Shown piece after piece: positions 50,330 to 64,000 of a stretch of DNA of 64,000 nucleotides. The stretch comes from Eledone cirrhosa (taxonomy: Eukaryota): positions 194,742,001 through 194,806,000 of the forward strand of contig OZ024741.1 in NCBI GenBank assembly GCA_964016885.1. The letters are read 5' to 3'. The translations under genes were made by a program, and so were the position numbers. Positions within the stretch are counted from its first letter, which is position 1; every line of letters begins with the position of its first letter. Under the pieces are notes generated by a model. That model was not told the DNA's origin, made no database searches, and worked only from the letters and a program-made list of their open reading frames with translations.

Positions 50330-53300
50330 AGCCCAGCCAATGATCTAAAATGTCTTGCACAGAGTTGGTAACCAAAAGATACACTGGGAATAGCCGGTTG
50401 TGGTTAGAGTTCATGTACTTTTGCATGTCGTTTGAGCCCTCCTGCTGATTTACACTCTCTACCACATGCTTGGCAGGCATGATGAGTAGCATCTCCAACA
50501 GCAGCCTGGTAGTCAACCACTGGTCTCATTTTATGACTGCGAAGATGACTTTCGAGTCTAGCTTTGCTGAGGCAGAGTCTCGCACAGACGCTGCATGTCA
50601 GCGCCATAGGAGGACCTTCGCTTATCTGGAAAATGCAACAGCAATGCCCTTTCTCATCCCTTTTTACTTTCTCGTATGCAATTCGAGATGCCTCAAAGGC
50701 AACTTTCCCCTCATATACACTCTTTCTCCATTTATTACGATCAGCAGCTACGTTTTCCCATGTATCAGCAGAAATATTAGCGTCTTTCAAAGAGGCTTTC
50801 AACGAATCTTTATACCTCTTTTTGGTTTATGTGGAGGTCCTTTAACTAACTCTCCATAAAAGAGTTATTTCGGTATTCTAGAATCCTTCATCCTGGCAAG
50901 GTGACCACTCTAGAGAGCTTTCCAAAATCTCGACATCACTGATGTGGTCCCTCCAGTGAACGCCATGGATCCGTCTGAGAGACATCTGATGGAAACGTTC
51001 CAATTTAAGGTGCTGTCGATATGAGACCCAGGTCTCGCAGGCATAAAGAAGAGAAGAGAGCACACATGCCTTGTACACCTTTACCTTTGTCTTCTTGCAT
51101 AAATCTCGCCCACTCCAGAGGCGCCTTTCTAGCTTTCCGAAAGCATCACTTGCTTTCCTAATCCTCAGTGAAATTTCATTATCAAGATTGCTGTATCGAT
51201 TGACAGTGCTTCCTAGGTAGACAAACTGATCAACCACTCCAAGTCGTTTACCATACACATAGATATTTGGCTCACTGTATTGCTTACCAGGGGCATGCTG
51301 GTACATGACGATTTTCTTGAGACTGACAGTCAATCTTAGGGCAGTGTAAGCATAATAAAATGCATTCAAAATGTGCTGCATATCACTCTCTGTGTGCGCT
51401 ACAAGATCGCAATCATCTGCATACAAGAGGTCTATTATGATTGATGTAAATACTTTTATCTTTGCAGCAAAGCGCCTGATGTTAAATATGTTACCAGAGG
51501 TTCGATATTGGATGTAAACACCATGCTCACAATTCCTGAATACAATATAGAAAACCATTGCAAGGTATATGGCAAACAGGGTCGGTGCTGGAATATGCCC
51601 CTGTTTCACGCCATTTTTTACTGAGATAGGCTCCGACATGTTACCTCTGACATTAACCCAAGCCTTCATGTCGTCATGGAAAGACCTAACCAAAGCAAGG
51701 AACGTATCAGGGCAACCAAGTTTCTGGAGAACCTTCCACAATGCATTTCTGTTAACAGTATCGAAATCTTTTGTCAGATAGACAAAAACCTGATACAGAT
51801 CCAAGCCTTGTTCCATGCACTTCTCCTTGAGCTGTCCCGCTGAGAAGATCATATCAGTAGTGCCGCGTCCAGCACGAAAACCAGATTGACTTTCAGGAAG
51901 AACACAATCTGCAATGTGTGCCAGCAGACGGTCCAGAAGCACCCTACATCACATTTTTCCTACGACAGAAAGCAATGATATACATCTGTAGTTTCCACAA
52001 TCATTCTTGTTACCCTTTCCCTTGTAAAGACTACCATTACTGCATCCCACCAGTCCTCAGGTACGGATTCACTAGCCCATATCCTGCCAAACAAAGAGTG
52101 AAGATGTTGCAGAAGTCTCTCACCACCATATTGTAAGAGCTCTGCATGTATGCCATCCATACCTGGAGACCTTCCACTGTTCAGCTTTGAGATAGCTACT
52201 GCAACCTCCACAAGCGTCGGTGGTTCTGCGAGATCTACTTTCACAGGTTTTTCAGGAATGAGATTGAAGAAATCTTCATTGACGACAGACGGCTGATTCA
52301 AAAGTTCATCAAAGTGCTCTCGCCACCTTCGCAGAATTCCTTGTGAATCAGGAAGAAGTTCCTTCTCATCCTTGCTGCGAAGCGGTGTCACCAGAGAAGA
52401 AGACGGTCCATAAACTTCACGCAAGAAACTGTACAACAGCTTTGTGTTATTGGAATCTGATGCAGCTTGTATCTCATTAGAATTCTCACTCCACCACTGA
52501 TCCTTCATCTGAGAAAGCCTCCACCTCACACGTGATTTCACATCCTTGAGTTCCTTATGCAACATATTCTTCTCCTGTGGTTTTGCTGTCAAGTAGCGTG
52601 ACAGAGCACGCCTCTTATCAGCCAACAAGTCTTCTATATGTTCATCATTCTCATTAAACCAGTTTTGATGTTTTCTCTGCACCAATCCCAGAACACGCCT
52701 GCCTACATCATAAACCGACTTTTTTAAGGGTCGGCCAATCCTCACCAAGATCCGCAACATGTATCTCTTCTAGCAATGTCCTCTTCACATTTTTATCTCT
52801 AAGACGAACAGCATCCAATCTTCTGGGCAGGGTAACACCAGGAGCCCGGATTTTACGTTTAGTGATTAGTTTAACTTTTCGCGTACCAGGCGGTGGTCCG
52901 TCCAGCACTCAGCTCCACGAAGAGTACGAACACACTGCACATCCCGTCTGTCACGCATCCTGACAAGGGCGTAGTCCAAAAGATGCCATTCCTTAGATGC
53001 AGGATGCATCCATGTGGTCTTAAATTTGTTCTTTTGCTGGAACATGGTGTTGGTAACACACAGATCCAGCTCCTCACACATCTGCAGCAAGAGCATACCA
53101 TTGTTATTACATTTTCCCACCCCATGCCTTCCGATTAAATTCCATGTGTTAAAATCCCTACCCACTCTAGCATTAAAGTCATCAAGCACGATGACCTTGT
53201 CTGCCTGAGGGATATTTCTTAAAACACCTTTCAAGGCATGGTAGAAAGACATTTTTTCTTCATCGACAGAATTCATAGTTGGAGCATACACACTCACCAG

Positions 53301-53568
53301 AGTCGCATATCTTCCTTTGTCCAGCTGAATTCTCATGGACATAAGACGCTCACTAATCCCCACTGGGAATTCTTCTAATTTATCCACAAGAGCAGTCTTA
53401 AAAGCAAGTGCTACCCCAGCCCCTCTTCTGGTTCCTTCCTTTCCAGAAGAATGTATATTCTCCACAAAATTCTGTAAGATGACCATCTCCAGCTAACCTC
53501 GTATCGGATAAAGCTACGATGTCAAGATCGTAACGTCGAAGCTCCTTTGCAACAAGAGCGGTCCTTCG
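50330..53568 (-). mobile_element. RTE-clade LINE (APE-RT, two C-terminal C2H2 fingers), frameshifted
   Basis: RRTALVAKEL, SVYAPT, DFNARVG, LLDY, TDHRLV; [33 protein letters not shown]; CxxC..H..H twice. Confidence 0.9.
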
Positions 53569-53569
53569 T

Positions 53570-53694
53570 ATATAAATATACACACATAAATACGTATATA
53601 ACGCACGCACCCACATACCGCACACACATACATACACATATACGTATTTATGTGTGTATATTTATATACGTTTATATAATTATATGTATACACG

Positions 53695-53729
<35 letters not shown>

Positions 53730-54265
53730 TTTTTGTGTTTGATGTATACGTTCGTATGTGTGCGGGTACAGGTGTTGCGTGGGTTTTTGTAAGTGTGCGT
53801 GTGTTTTTGTGTACTTGCTTGTATATGCATACCATGGCGGTTGTTTTCGCGTATGCATGTGTATGTACGTATATGGATGCGTGTATGTATATATTTAATT
53901 ATTGTTGATTTCAATAACCTCTGTAATTTATTTACATTATTCTTAACTCTGAAGCCGAGAATCATTCGGTTTCCTAAATAGAATATTAGTCTACGACTTC
54001 ATTTATACCATAAACGTGGTTTTGTCTTTGCTAGTAATTGTTCTCACCGGTCCAAACAATGACGTATTATCTTCGCTTTTTTCCTGTTCACTGCCAGGGA
54101 CGTCTCCACGAACCAAAGTATCATCTTCCTGTTTTCCTTCGGTTGCAACGTTTGTCGAAATATTTACTTTTGCGTTCACAGATTGATTCTTTTAGTTTCA
54201 GAAGATCCCGTTAAGGGTGAAAGCACCGATTCTTTGCTTAAACTTTAATCTGTTCTTTTAATAAA
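53570..54265 (+). mobile_element. Second copy of the non-coding CAGAAGA-hammerhead repeat
   Basis: Homologous to 35700-36460; HHR-like fold at 54194-54244. Confidence 0.7.
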
Positions 54266-54287
54266 TTAATATATATATATATATATA

Positions 54288-54809
54288 GTTAGGGAAGCAG
54301 AAAATTGCTTATTGTAATCCAGTTCGTGTAATTCAGTTCGTGGTTTTTTGGACGGTTTCCAACGTACGGTTAGGGGTAACTCCACAAGTTTGCAAGACTG
54401 GTTAGTAAATCACTTTAAATCTTGGAGTATAAAGAATAAAAGAGAAAACACAAGTAAGCATTAAAAAAAGGATTTTATCCAGGTATTTACGACCGTTTCA
54501 TTGGTAAGCGCAACCATATATCGCTATACTGCAAATAGCAGCCACTCGATAATAACTGTTATTCACCTCCAAATTTTCAAAATAATGAATAAGTTACTTG
54601 TAAAAGGTTCTTAATATATAAAAAAACATTTTTTTAAAATCGTATTTACTATATAAGAGAGAGGAAGGGGGAGAAGAATTAGGAAGTAGAGGGACAAACG
54701 GGGATGGAGGGAGGGGTAAAGATGGAAGGATTCCTCGATCAGTTTTGATTCGTAGACTTGATGTCAATTTACAGTGTAGGGAGTTAAAGAGAATTAAATC
54801 GTTTATAGT

Positions 54810-54845
<36 letters not shown>

Positions 54846-56775
54846 AGGGGAGATAGAAAGATAAATATATATATATAAAAAAGAGGGAAGAGAAAAAAAG
54901 AAGAAAAGAAAAGAGAACAAAAAAGGGGTGAGAAGAAAAGAAGAAAACGAAAAAAGAGAAAAGGAATGAAGGAGGAGAGAGGGACATTAGTATTGGTTAC
55001 TGTGGGTTAGATTCAATAAGAGGGTAGAAAGTCTAAGTATATGCAGTTTGTCAGGTGGTAGTAAGAGGTTAAGGGTTGATTTGCACTGGTAGTGCGAACA
55101 TTTTTCTTTGAGTCTATGGTTGCAATAAATTGATCTTTCGATTTTATTGTTGAGTAACTTATTCTTCGAACTCAAAATGTGTAACAGTTTAAGGTCACAT
55201 AACCGACAGCTTCTCATACCACTCCGATATGCAGGCGCGTTCGATAGTTTCTTCCACTTCAGGGAGTATTGATGGTTACTTTCCCTCAGTTTCCAGGTCT
55301 TGTTCGCAAGGGTAGTTACATAACGATTGCGTAACGCTGTGTATACCAACGAGCTTTAAATGTATTCCCAGTCGCTCCGATGTAATACCACTTCTGGTTG
55401 TCTGATTCGACCGTGCATCGGTAAACTAGGTTAGACTTCATACATTCATTATGCAATGAACATGTTTCAGGTAGGTGGCAGTTACAATTCTTGTCATGGG
55501 CAACTTTGGCATAATTGGTGGGCTGCGATGCCTGTACAAGTGTGATACGTTTTGTTTGCCTTCTAGTGTATTAGATATTCTGTTGTGTTCGATGGTAATT
55601 GTATTGTTATTGTTATAACTTTGTGTTCCGGTGTTGTTACGTATCTTTTTAGCGTTAAGCATCTTAATGTGTGCCTCTATGTTTTGTACAGTGGAGTAAG
55701 ATAGTCTGATAGATTTAGTGCTAAGGATTTTGCTGTATCTATGTGAATCTGGAAAGTTTTTATTTATTATTCTAAAGAAGGTAGAGGGTAGGTTGGTACC
55801 AATAGAGGTGTTAAATATGGGGTTATACCAAATATATTTTCTACTGCGTGACCTGTTTGATTTTGATGTTGTATTTCTATTTTCAGTATAATTGGTAGTT
55901 ATATGCATAAATGCGTGTGTGCGGGTGTTTCTGGAGTTTGTGTTATGCCTATTCGTGTGTGCTTTGCGGAGGCTTTCATCTATATATTCTCCTCTATCTA
56001 GGTGGCATATCTTATCTAGTGTGGTATTGTAGTAATCCGCGTGTTCCTCGAAGATTTGTCGGTTAGACGAGAGGCGGGAGATCCTAAGGGATATGCTGCG
56101 TGGAACGGACTTAATTATGGAGATTGGGTGGTTCGAATTACAGTTGATGTATGCTAAGTTTTCATTATTCTTGTGAAAAGGTCTTATAAGGTATTTAGGT
56201 TAAGTGTCGCGTCTAGAAAGTTAACTATTTTAGCGCTATATTTATACGTTATGCTAAGGCCTAGTTTCCCGAGAGTCTTTTTAATATTCTTGCGCAGTTT
56301 TTCTATGCTCTGGTTATTTAGGTTCTTAACTAGAAGAAGGGCGTCATCTCTGTAGATTCCACCGTGAAGGTCGCTAAATTCTCTATGTAAACTATGGGCT
56401 ATGTAAATACCTACTAAATCCGTGACCTGAGCCGAGTCATTAGCCCCCATCGTGATGTCAAAGTTATCTAATCTATCCTTACGTTCCCAATAGGCGTTTT
56501 CAAATTTAATTATTGTTTTCCTAGCAGCTAATATAATTTTTATCTCGTCCTCTGTGATGTCAGAATTGGCTTTGGCGAATGATAAGGCTTTATCCAAGGT
56601 ATTGGGTGATATAGAGGAGTAATAGTTGGTAATGTCAAATTGTATAAACTTAGATACTTTTTTGTTAGCTATACTATTAAACCATTTAATTGTTTCGGTA
56701 GTGTTACCCCATAGTTTAATGACTAGTTTATTCTTCATTTGTGCTATTACTCTGTCTAATATATGTTTAATAACT
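54288..56775 (-). mobile_element. 5'-truncated Naiad-type PLE C (RT, GIY-YIG, pLTR with degenerate hammerhead at about 54485-54585)
   Basis: FDITNYY, MGANDSA, IYRDD, NFLDATL, WYNPIF, IRLSYS, CRLC; GAAACggtcGTA on the minus strand. Confidence 0.85.
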
Positions 56776-56777
56776 AT

Positions 56778-57146
56778 TTAGTAACTATCGAACGCGCCTG
56801 CATATCGGAGTGATATGAGAAGCTGTCGGTTATGTGACCTTGAACTGTTTCACATTTTGAGTTCGAAGAATAAGTTACTCAACAATAAAATCGAAAGATC
56901 AATTTATTGCAACCATAGACTTAAAGAAAAATGTTCGCACTACCAGTGCAAATCAACCCTTAACCTCCTACTACCACCTGACAAACTGCATATACTTAGA
57001 CTTTCTATCCTCTTATTGAATCTAACCACTTTAATTACCCACAGTAACCAATACTTATGTCCCTCTCTCCTCCTTCATTCCTTTTCTCTTTTTCGTTTTC
57101 TTCTTTTCTTCTCTCCCCTTTTTTGTTCTCTTTTCTTTTCTTCTTT
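56778..57146 (+). mobile_element. Inverted duplicate of the PLE C 3' region at its 5' truncation point
   Basis: Reverse complement of about 54895-55250. Confidence 0.88.
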
Positions 57147-57214
57147 TTAAGCAAAGAATCGCTTCTCTTTGGATTTTAGTCTTCACATTTACTATTATTA
57201 CTATATATATATAT

Positions 57215-58850
57215 ATAATGAATAATAACAGGTAGACATCATAAAAAGGTAATTTATTCCGAGTGCTTACAAATGTTTCAACAGTAGTTATACAGCCTAT
57301 AATTATGATATGTGTTTGTATGTGTAGGAAAGAAGAAAAAGGAAGAAGGGCTTATATTTACGTTAATGTGGGGGAAAAGGTGGAATACGATTCCAGAGTT
57401 TAAATTTAAATTTATTTACCTATATTATAATATTGTATATATAATCAATTTATTTACCTATATTATAATATTGTATATATAATCAATTTATTTACCTATA
57501 TTATAATATTGTATATATAATCAATTAGATTATATGAAGAATTATGGTTGTAAGTATTTTTATCTTATTACATTACAATAGGTTATATGTATATAAATAT
57601 CTATATAGATAATAACTGCGTATGTATTAGTTTTATAGAAATAGAAATAATTTACAATTATTAGTTGTTTATATTTCTAATATGAGTTACGAAGGACGTT
57701 GATTTTGTATTTTACATAAACAAATAGGTGGTTCAAGTTGTGAGAGGAGAACAATTTGTAGATTCGAATATTTTGTTCAACATTGAAAATGTTTTCAGAA
57801 TATTGTTAATTTAGCGAAGTTATATAGATTATCATGCATAATATGTTTATGTTTGCACGATTGAGAAAGGAAAGATAACTACAATTTTGTTTGTTAACCG
57901 TTAAATTTGATGAGTGATTTACTCAAAAGTATATAGAGAAAATTATATATTATTTTGTGTGAGATTAATTATTTTAGTCGAAAGATGTGTGAATGTTTGA
58001 ATATCAAAAAGGAGGAAAAACGTAATGTGCTTTTCGAAGAACTATCGTAAAGAGGATACATTTTCAGAATGTCAAAGATTATTAATCTACATCTAAAAAA
58101 ATATATTTAGAGGGGTGTCATTAGAAAAATAATGTCAGAATTAAAAATATTAAATATATATATTAAAAAGAATTAATGTGAAAAGGTAAACATATTAGAA
58201 ATATTAGAGATAATAAAAAAAATTAGAAATATTAAAAATATTAAAATTTTTTTAAATTTACATTTAAATTTTTAAAGAAGATAGGATCATTTTGAAGGTG
58301 TATAGGAATATTATAAATTAAAAATAGTTCTGAACGTGGAATTTTGGCGATGTCTGCAAGAAGAAAATAATTCTGTTCTAAGATTAATAGAGTTTTGACA
58401 GTTAATTATATAAAAAATTTCTTCGATACACAAGTTACAGAATCTTGATAAAGTCATATTTCGGTATGAAGGTGCTTTCGAAATCGTTCTCCAAGATATT
58501 GAATAGTCTATATTGTTGTCTTTTAAGTTCCAAATTAGATGTGAAAGTGAAGTAGAAGATTTTTTATCAAATCTCCTAAATGTGTGTTTATGGTTATTCC
58601 AGCGTTCTTTGAATTTTGTTGAAGTGGCATCAATATAGTTAAATATTTTGTCTCTAGTTTTAACTGTGCATTTATAAACTACGTTTTTGTCTAAATAATT
58701 ATTTTGTAAATGTTTTATAAATATAGTTTCCATTTATTTAATATCATTGAATATTATACTCCAGAAAAAATCTGTCGAGTGCTCTGAATCAGTTATAAAC
58801 ATTTATATTTGTTGAATTACCAACAAATTGAATATCCCTTCTGCTTATAT
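57215..58850 (-). mobile_element. Naiad-type PLE D 3' fragment (GIY-YIG 58311-58733, AT-rich 3' UTR, inverted pLTR piece 58730-58850)
   Basis: VVYKC, YIDAT, FKERWNNH, CNLC, CRH; GAAACatttGTA at about 57267-57279 on the minus strand. Confidence 0.7.
57409..57525 (+). repeat. 38-bp tandem repeat, 3 copies
   Basis: aatttatttacctatattataatattgtatatataatc. Confidence 0.9.
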
Positions 58851-58861
58851 ATATATCTATA

Positions 58862-58939
<78 letters not shown>

Positions 58940-59240
58940 TCAGTCAAGACGACCAAATTCAACATACATACATACATTCATACATATCATGCAATAACAC
59001 CCATACCTGCACACACACGCACAAATACATATAGACATACGTATTTGACGATTGTGATCCGAATACCCTATGTTAGAAACCAGCTCTCTTTATAAAATAA
59101 TAAAACCAGAAGAACATACATACACACATTACATACATACATATATGCATGCATGCATACATACATACACACATGCATACATACATACATACATACATAC
59201 ATACATACATACATACATACATACATACATACATACATAC

Positions 59241-60512
59241 ATGGTGGCTGCCAACTCGTTTTCGAGTACGGCCACTACTTTATATCCATGTAGGAGAACC
59301 CCTACCGATACGCTGAACGAGTGTGACTTTTTAGTTCAGCCAGCGACTTGAAAACTCTGGTACAAACACTACACTTGTGACAATTATTGACACATAGTGC
59401 TGGGCCTATGGTACCATGTGACGACAAGTGCAGAGAGATCTCCAGATATAAAGCAATGCCTGTGCCGTGAAGCTTTTATAGTGAGCAAAGGCACTGCATA
59501 AAGCCAGTCCCACTCTCTTAAACAAGATGATATTTACCAAAAAGAAGAACAAGTCAACATCATTGGATACCATCAGAGTTGCAGGTGTTATATCAGAGTT
59601 TTCCTTCTCCTAGAATTCTGCCTTGACAAAGGCTAAGGGGTCATCTCGCCCGGTGATTTTGGATGGCCATTAACTCTTAAGAGCTCCTTTGCCCTTTGAC
59701 AGGTTATGTTTTTAGTCCTGCAGGATGTCCAAAGTCACCCTCCTCACCAAGAAACCTTGGTGGGGTTGCCAGTTTAGTCGCCAACGACCCGACCATGAGA
59801 CAGGTTGTACTGGGATACATGTTACCAGTAGAACCAACTGGTGGCCTGACATACATACATACATATACATACATACATACATACATACATACATACATAC
59901 ATACATGGTGGCTGCCAACTCGTTTTCGAGTACGGCCACTACTTTATATCCATGTAGGAGAACCCCTACCGATGCGCTGAACGAGTGTGACTTTTTAGTC
60001 CAGCCAGCGACTTGAAAACTCTGGTACAAACACTACACCTGTGACAATTATTGACACATAGTGCTGGGCCCATGGTACCATGTGACGACAAGTGTGGAGA
60101 GATCTCCAGATATAAAGCAATGCCTGTGCCGTGAAGCTTTTATAGTGAGCAAAGGCACTGCATAAAGCCAGTCCCACTCTCTTAAACAAGATGATATTTA
60201 CCAAAAAGAAGAACAAGTCAACATCATTGGATACCATCAGAGTTGCAGGTGTTATATCAGAGTTTTCCTTCTCCTAGAATTCTGCCTTGACAAAGGCTAA
60301 GGGGTCATCTCTCCCGGTGATTTTGGATGGCCATTAACTCTTAAGAGCTCCTTTGCCCTTTGACAGGTTTTGTTTTTAGTCCTACAGGATGTCCAAAGTC
60401 ACCCTCCTCACCAAGAAACCTTGGTGGGGTTGCCAGTTTAGTCGCCAACGACCCGACCACGAGACAGGTTGTACTGGGATACATGTTACCAGTAGAACCA
60501 ACTGGTGGCCAG
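59241..60512. repeat. Tandem duplication of about 664 bp, bounded by (CATA)n
   Basis: atggtggctgccaactcg...ggtggcc at 59241 and 59905; near-identical. Confidence 0.9.
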
Positions 60513-61067
60513 ACATACATACATACATATACATACATACATACATACATACATACATACATACATACATACATACATACATACATACATACATAATACA
60601 TATATATGTGTTTTCCAGGAACAAGAAATCCTCGCCAAGTACATACTGCACAAAAGAGGAAGGTCGTCACTTGGCAATAAACAGAGGCTGTGTAAAACAA
60701 AGACTAAAGATGTTAGCCAGATCATACCATATGTGAAAGAATGTTTTCTCGTTATTACCTCCCCACGAGGCATTATATGATAACTAGAACGATCTGGAAT
60801 GCATTACGGAAGACGAAAATAACAAATAGGGATAAATATATTGTGGCTGATGGCTCAAAGGAATATTGGTGGAAACTAAAAAAAAAAAAAATAAATAAGC
60901 CCATCATCAAATTAAAACACAACCGGTCTGGTATTGTTGTTTAGGACCACGTGTTCTGTTGTAGACGTCAGCTGACCACTTGATGTTAATGTACTAAGAA
61001 AATTGCAAAAGGAGAATATCTATGGACAACTGATGAGGAGTTTGCAGATCCAGTACCCCCAAACAGT

Positions 61068-61410
61068 GAAGGAGCGTGGCTTTGTGGTTAGGGTATTCGG
61101 CTCACAATCGTAAGGTCGTGGGTTCGATTCCCGGCGGCACGTTGTGTCTTTGAGCAAGACACTTAATTTCACATCCTTCCAGTCTACTTAGCTGGCAAAA
61201 ATGAGTTGTACCTGTAATTCGAAGACCCAGCCTTGTCACATTCTGTGTCACGCTGAATGTCCTTGAGAACTAGGTTAAGAATACGCGTGTCTGTGGAACG
61301 CTCAGCTACTTGCACGTTAATTTCACGAACAGGCTGTTCCGTTGATCGGACCAACTGGAACATTTGTCGTCGTAACTGACGGAGTGTCAGTCAGTCAGTC
61401 AGTCAGTCAC
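61068..61410 (+). mobile_element. SINE family A, full length, with (AGTC)n tail
   Basis: A-box tggctttgtgg, B-box ggttcgattccc. Confidence 0.85.
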
Positions 61411-61630
61411 TCACCCCAAAATACACGTTCAGTTTCATACTTACTGAATGAGATATTTGGAGTACTGGATCTGCAAGCTCCTTATCAGTCGTCCGAAATA
61501 TCTTGATCTTTGTATATTTTACTGTTTTCATTCATTTGACAAGCTTTTAAAGCAAACAATCTGGCCAATTGTCACGAATCAACTCAACACCACTAAGATA
61601 GGGTGGAGGTCGATAGCTGTCAAACGACAA

Positions 61631-61736
61631 ATAATTGTTTCTACTTTAGACACAAGGCCAGCAATTATCCAGTACATTACTGGTACTTTATTTTATCGAC
61701 CCCGTAAGGATGAAAGGCAAAGTTAACCTCGGCGGG
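61631..61736 (-). mobile_element. SINE family B, 3' half
   Basis: Reverse-complement match to the 3701 copy. Confidence 0.8.
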
Positions 61737-61856
61737 GAAAGTGAGTGACAAACAAAATGAAAATGATTAAAAAGATAAGGTATTTTTGACAGTTCTGATT
61801 GTCAAATACTTATAGTATTGTAATAAGGACAGTAGATTGACAGAGTCGCTAGAGCG

Positions 61857-62056
61857 NNNNNNNNNNNNNNNNNNNNNNNNNNNNNNNNNNNNNNNNNNNN
61901 NNNNNNNNNNNNNNNNNNNNNNNNNNNNNNNNNNNNNNNNNNNNNNNNNNNNNNNNNNNNNNNNNNNNNNNNNNNNNNNNNNNNNNNNNNNNNNNNNNNN
62001 NNNNNNNNNNNNNNNNNNNNNNNNNNNNNNNNNNNNNNNNNNNNNNNNNNNNNNNN
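61857..62056. other. Assembly gap (200 N)
   Basis: Run of N. Confidence 1.
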
Positions 62057-62815
62057 AGAAAAGAAACAGGATTTTGTCGCAAAAAATATTTCAAATCCAA
62101 ACTACAAGCTAGAAGTTTTCCCCTTCGAAATAATCCCCCTTGGGCCTAATGCACTTTCTTATCCTTCTCCACCATGCCTGCATGCATTCATGGAAGGATT
62201 CGGCGCATATCCATCGTTACGGCTCTCTTGATGATTTCCACGCCGGGAAAACGGGTTCGTCTAGATGACTCTCTGAGCTTGGGGAAAAGGAGAAAATCAC
62301 ATGTAGCCAAGTCGAGCCAAGTGACTGCTCCAACACGGCGATGTTCTTCTCGACCAAGAATTCTGGGATGCTCGGGGCATTGTGAGCTAATCTTCGGTGA
62401 TAATCTTTCAAACGCTGTCGTGGTTTATGTCTAGCTCACTTGCTATCAGTCGAACAGCCAGCCGACGATCGCCACGAACCACCTGCCTCGCGCTCAACGT
62501 TGGCCTCGGTCCTGCTCTCTGAAGGCCTTCTGTTTCTGCGGTCATCTTTCACGTTCTTGCGTCCCTTTTTGAACATTTTGTGCCACTTGAAAACCCGTGA
62601 GTGCGACTACACCTCATCTCCGTACACTTGCAGCAGTAATTCCAAGTGCTTCTGACGGAGATGTTCCCAGCTGGACCAGAAACTTCAGGCTAGTTCGTTG
62701 CTCTGTGCCCGTTGCTCGACTGCCTATAATTGAGGAGTTAACAAAAGCATGCGAAAAAAAAATAAAATACAATGGCTGCAGAGAGCTGAGACCGTAATTA
62801 TATACTTTTCGGATA
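62057..62815 (-). mobile_element. Internally deleted Tc1/mariner transposase remnant
   Basis: EQRTSLKF..VYGDE..VFKWHKMFKKGRKNVKDD (HTH); LDLATCDF (cf. YSPDLAPCDF); RKCIRPKGDYFEG. Confidence 0.8.
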
Positions 62816-63011
62816 TTACATCAGACGGTGACGCAACCCGCTAATCCCTACCCTACTCATAATTCAAATAGCACCTTCAGTGTGTTTATACGCCCCATTA
62901 TTATTAGACTATCTTATTTAGTTACGGCGAAATTTTCTAATTCAATTTTCAAATTCCATCGCGGTTTTCTAAACTTACGTTATATATAAAGTTTTTCATG
63001 TTTTTGTCTTG

Positions 63012-63095
63012 GCGCCTGATGAGATGCTAGTTTAAAAGAACCTCCTCCACAATACAGGGGTATCCATACCTGGACCCCGAAACCAATGGTCGCGC
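63012..63095 (+). ncRNA. Type I hammerhead ribozyme in a solo PLE pLTR (about 62880-63220)
   Basis: gcgc CTGATGA g...ggggtatcca-tacc-tggacccc GAAA cc-aat-gG TC gcgc. Confidence 0.75.
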
Positions 63096-63366
63096 ATACA
63101 TATTAAGCGTATGAAACTTTATTTATACTAAGTAAACTCTCTGGCAATAGATTGAGCGTTGTCTTTCTTCACCTTTTACATACGGATATCCCCCCCCCCC
63201 ACACACAATATATATATATATTAGTTTCCACCTGTTTGTGGTGGGGCCGATATCGTTGTTAGAACTCAATGTGGCATTGAAGAGATCGTTTCAGCGAGGT
63301 TAGACGGTGAGTTTTATAGTTTTTGTGATAGATGGTCACTTGTTTTAGTCGTACCTCCTTTCGTGC

Positions 63367-63487
<121 letters not shown>

Positions 63488-63911
63488 GTTCAATATTGAA
63501 TCAAGCGTGTGTTTGTTGCTTTAGTGTCGGCTATTATATTGAACGCATCGCTCACTTTCTTCACTTTCTTTATCTCTTTTCGTTCACGCATTGTGAACCT
63601 TCTTGCTTAGTTCCATATTTGGCTTTCAGTGTTCAATTTAATTTCACGTGTGCTTTCTCCCAAATTCTTACTTTTCTCAATTTTCCGTCATATTACATCG
63701 TAGTGATGTCGGTAACTCATGACGACCAGATTGAAAAACAGACAAACAAACATACAAGGAAACGAACGTAGGTTCAAGTGTGAGGAAAGCCTGTTCCCGA
63801 GTCTAAAAAATTCACATGCTAAGTTTGGACATGATTGGTCCACTGTCTTTTAAGTGCATTGGAGACAAATAGACAATCAAACAAACTATTTTGTTTATGT
63901 ATGTATATAGT

Positions 63912-64000
63912 GAAGGTGCGTGGCTTTGTGGTTAGGGTATTCAGCTAAAAATCGTAAGGCTGTGAGTTCGTTTCCCAACGGTGCGCTGCGTCCTTGAACA
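63912..64000 (+). mobile_element. SINE family A, 5' end (runs off the window)
   Basis: tggctttgtggttagggtattc...gagttcgtttccc. Confidence 0.75.

Overview
Repeat-dominated, AT-rich metazoan DNA. The SINE and microsatellite landscape suggests a cephalopod (octopus-like), which is an inference. The only host gene seen is a minus-strand globin: exon 2 (41783-42008) and exon 3 (38721-38852), with canonical B12.2 and G7.0 intron positions. Exon 1 was not found. Most of the rest is mobile DNA: several Penelope-like retroelements (PLEs) of the Naiad type (RT plus C-terminal GIY-YIG), a near-intact L1/Tx1 LINE, two R4/Dong RLE elements, an RTE LINE, CRE and Gypsy remnants, a mariner remnant, two SINE families, minisatellites and microsatellites. 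The main hunt result concerns the PLE terminal repeats of at least 7 sequence-unrelated families. They carry type I hammerhead ribozymes (canonical and core-variant). About 25-70 nt downstream lies a second covarying RNA motif, ACUC-[variable hairpin]-UU/UC/UG bulge-GAGY. Insertion ends fall at two stereotyped positions relative to this motif: about 4-9 nt before it, or mostly about 40-65 nt after it. Most PLE insertions are fold-back (inverted) structures, from 55 bp to 3.3 kb.
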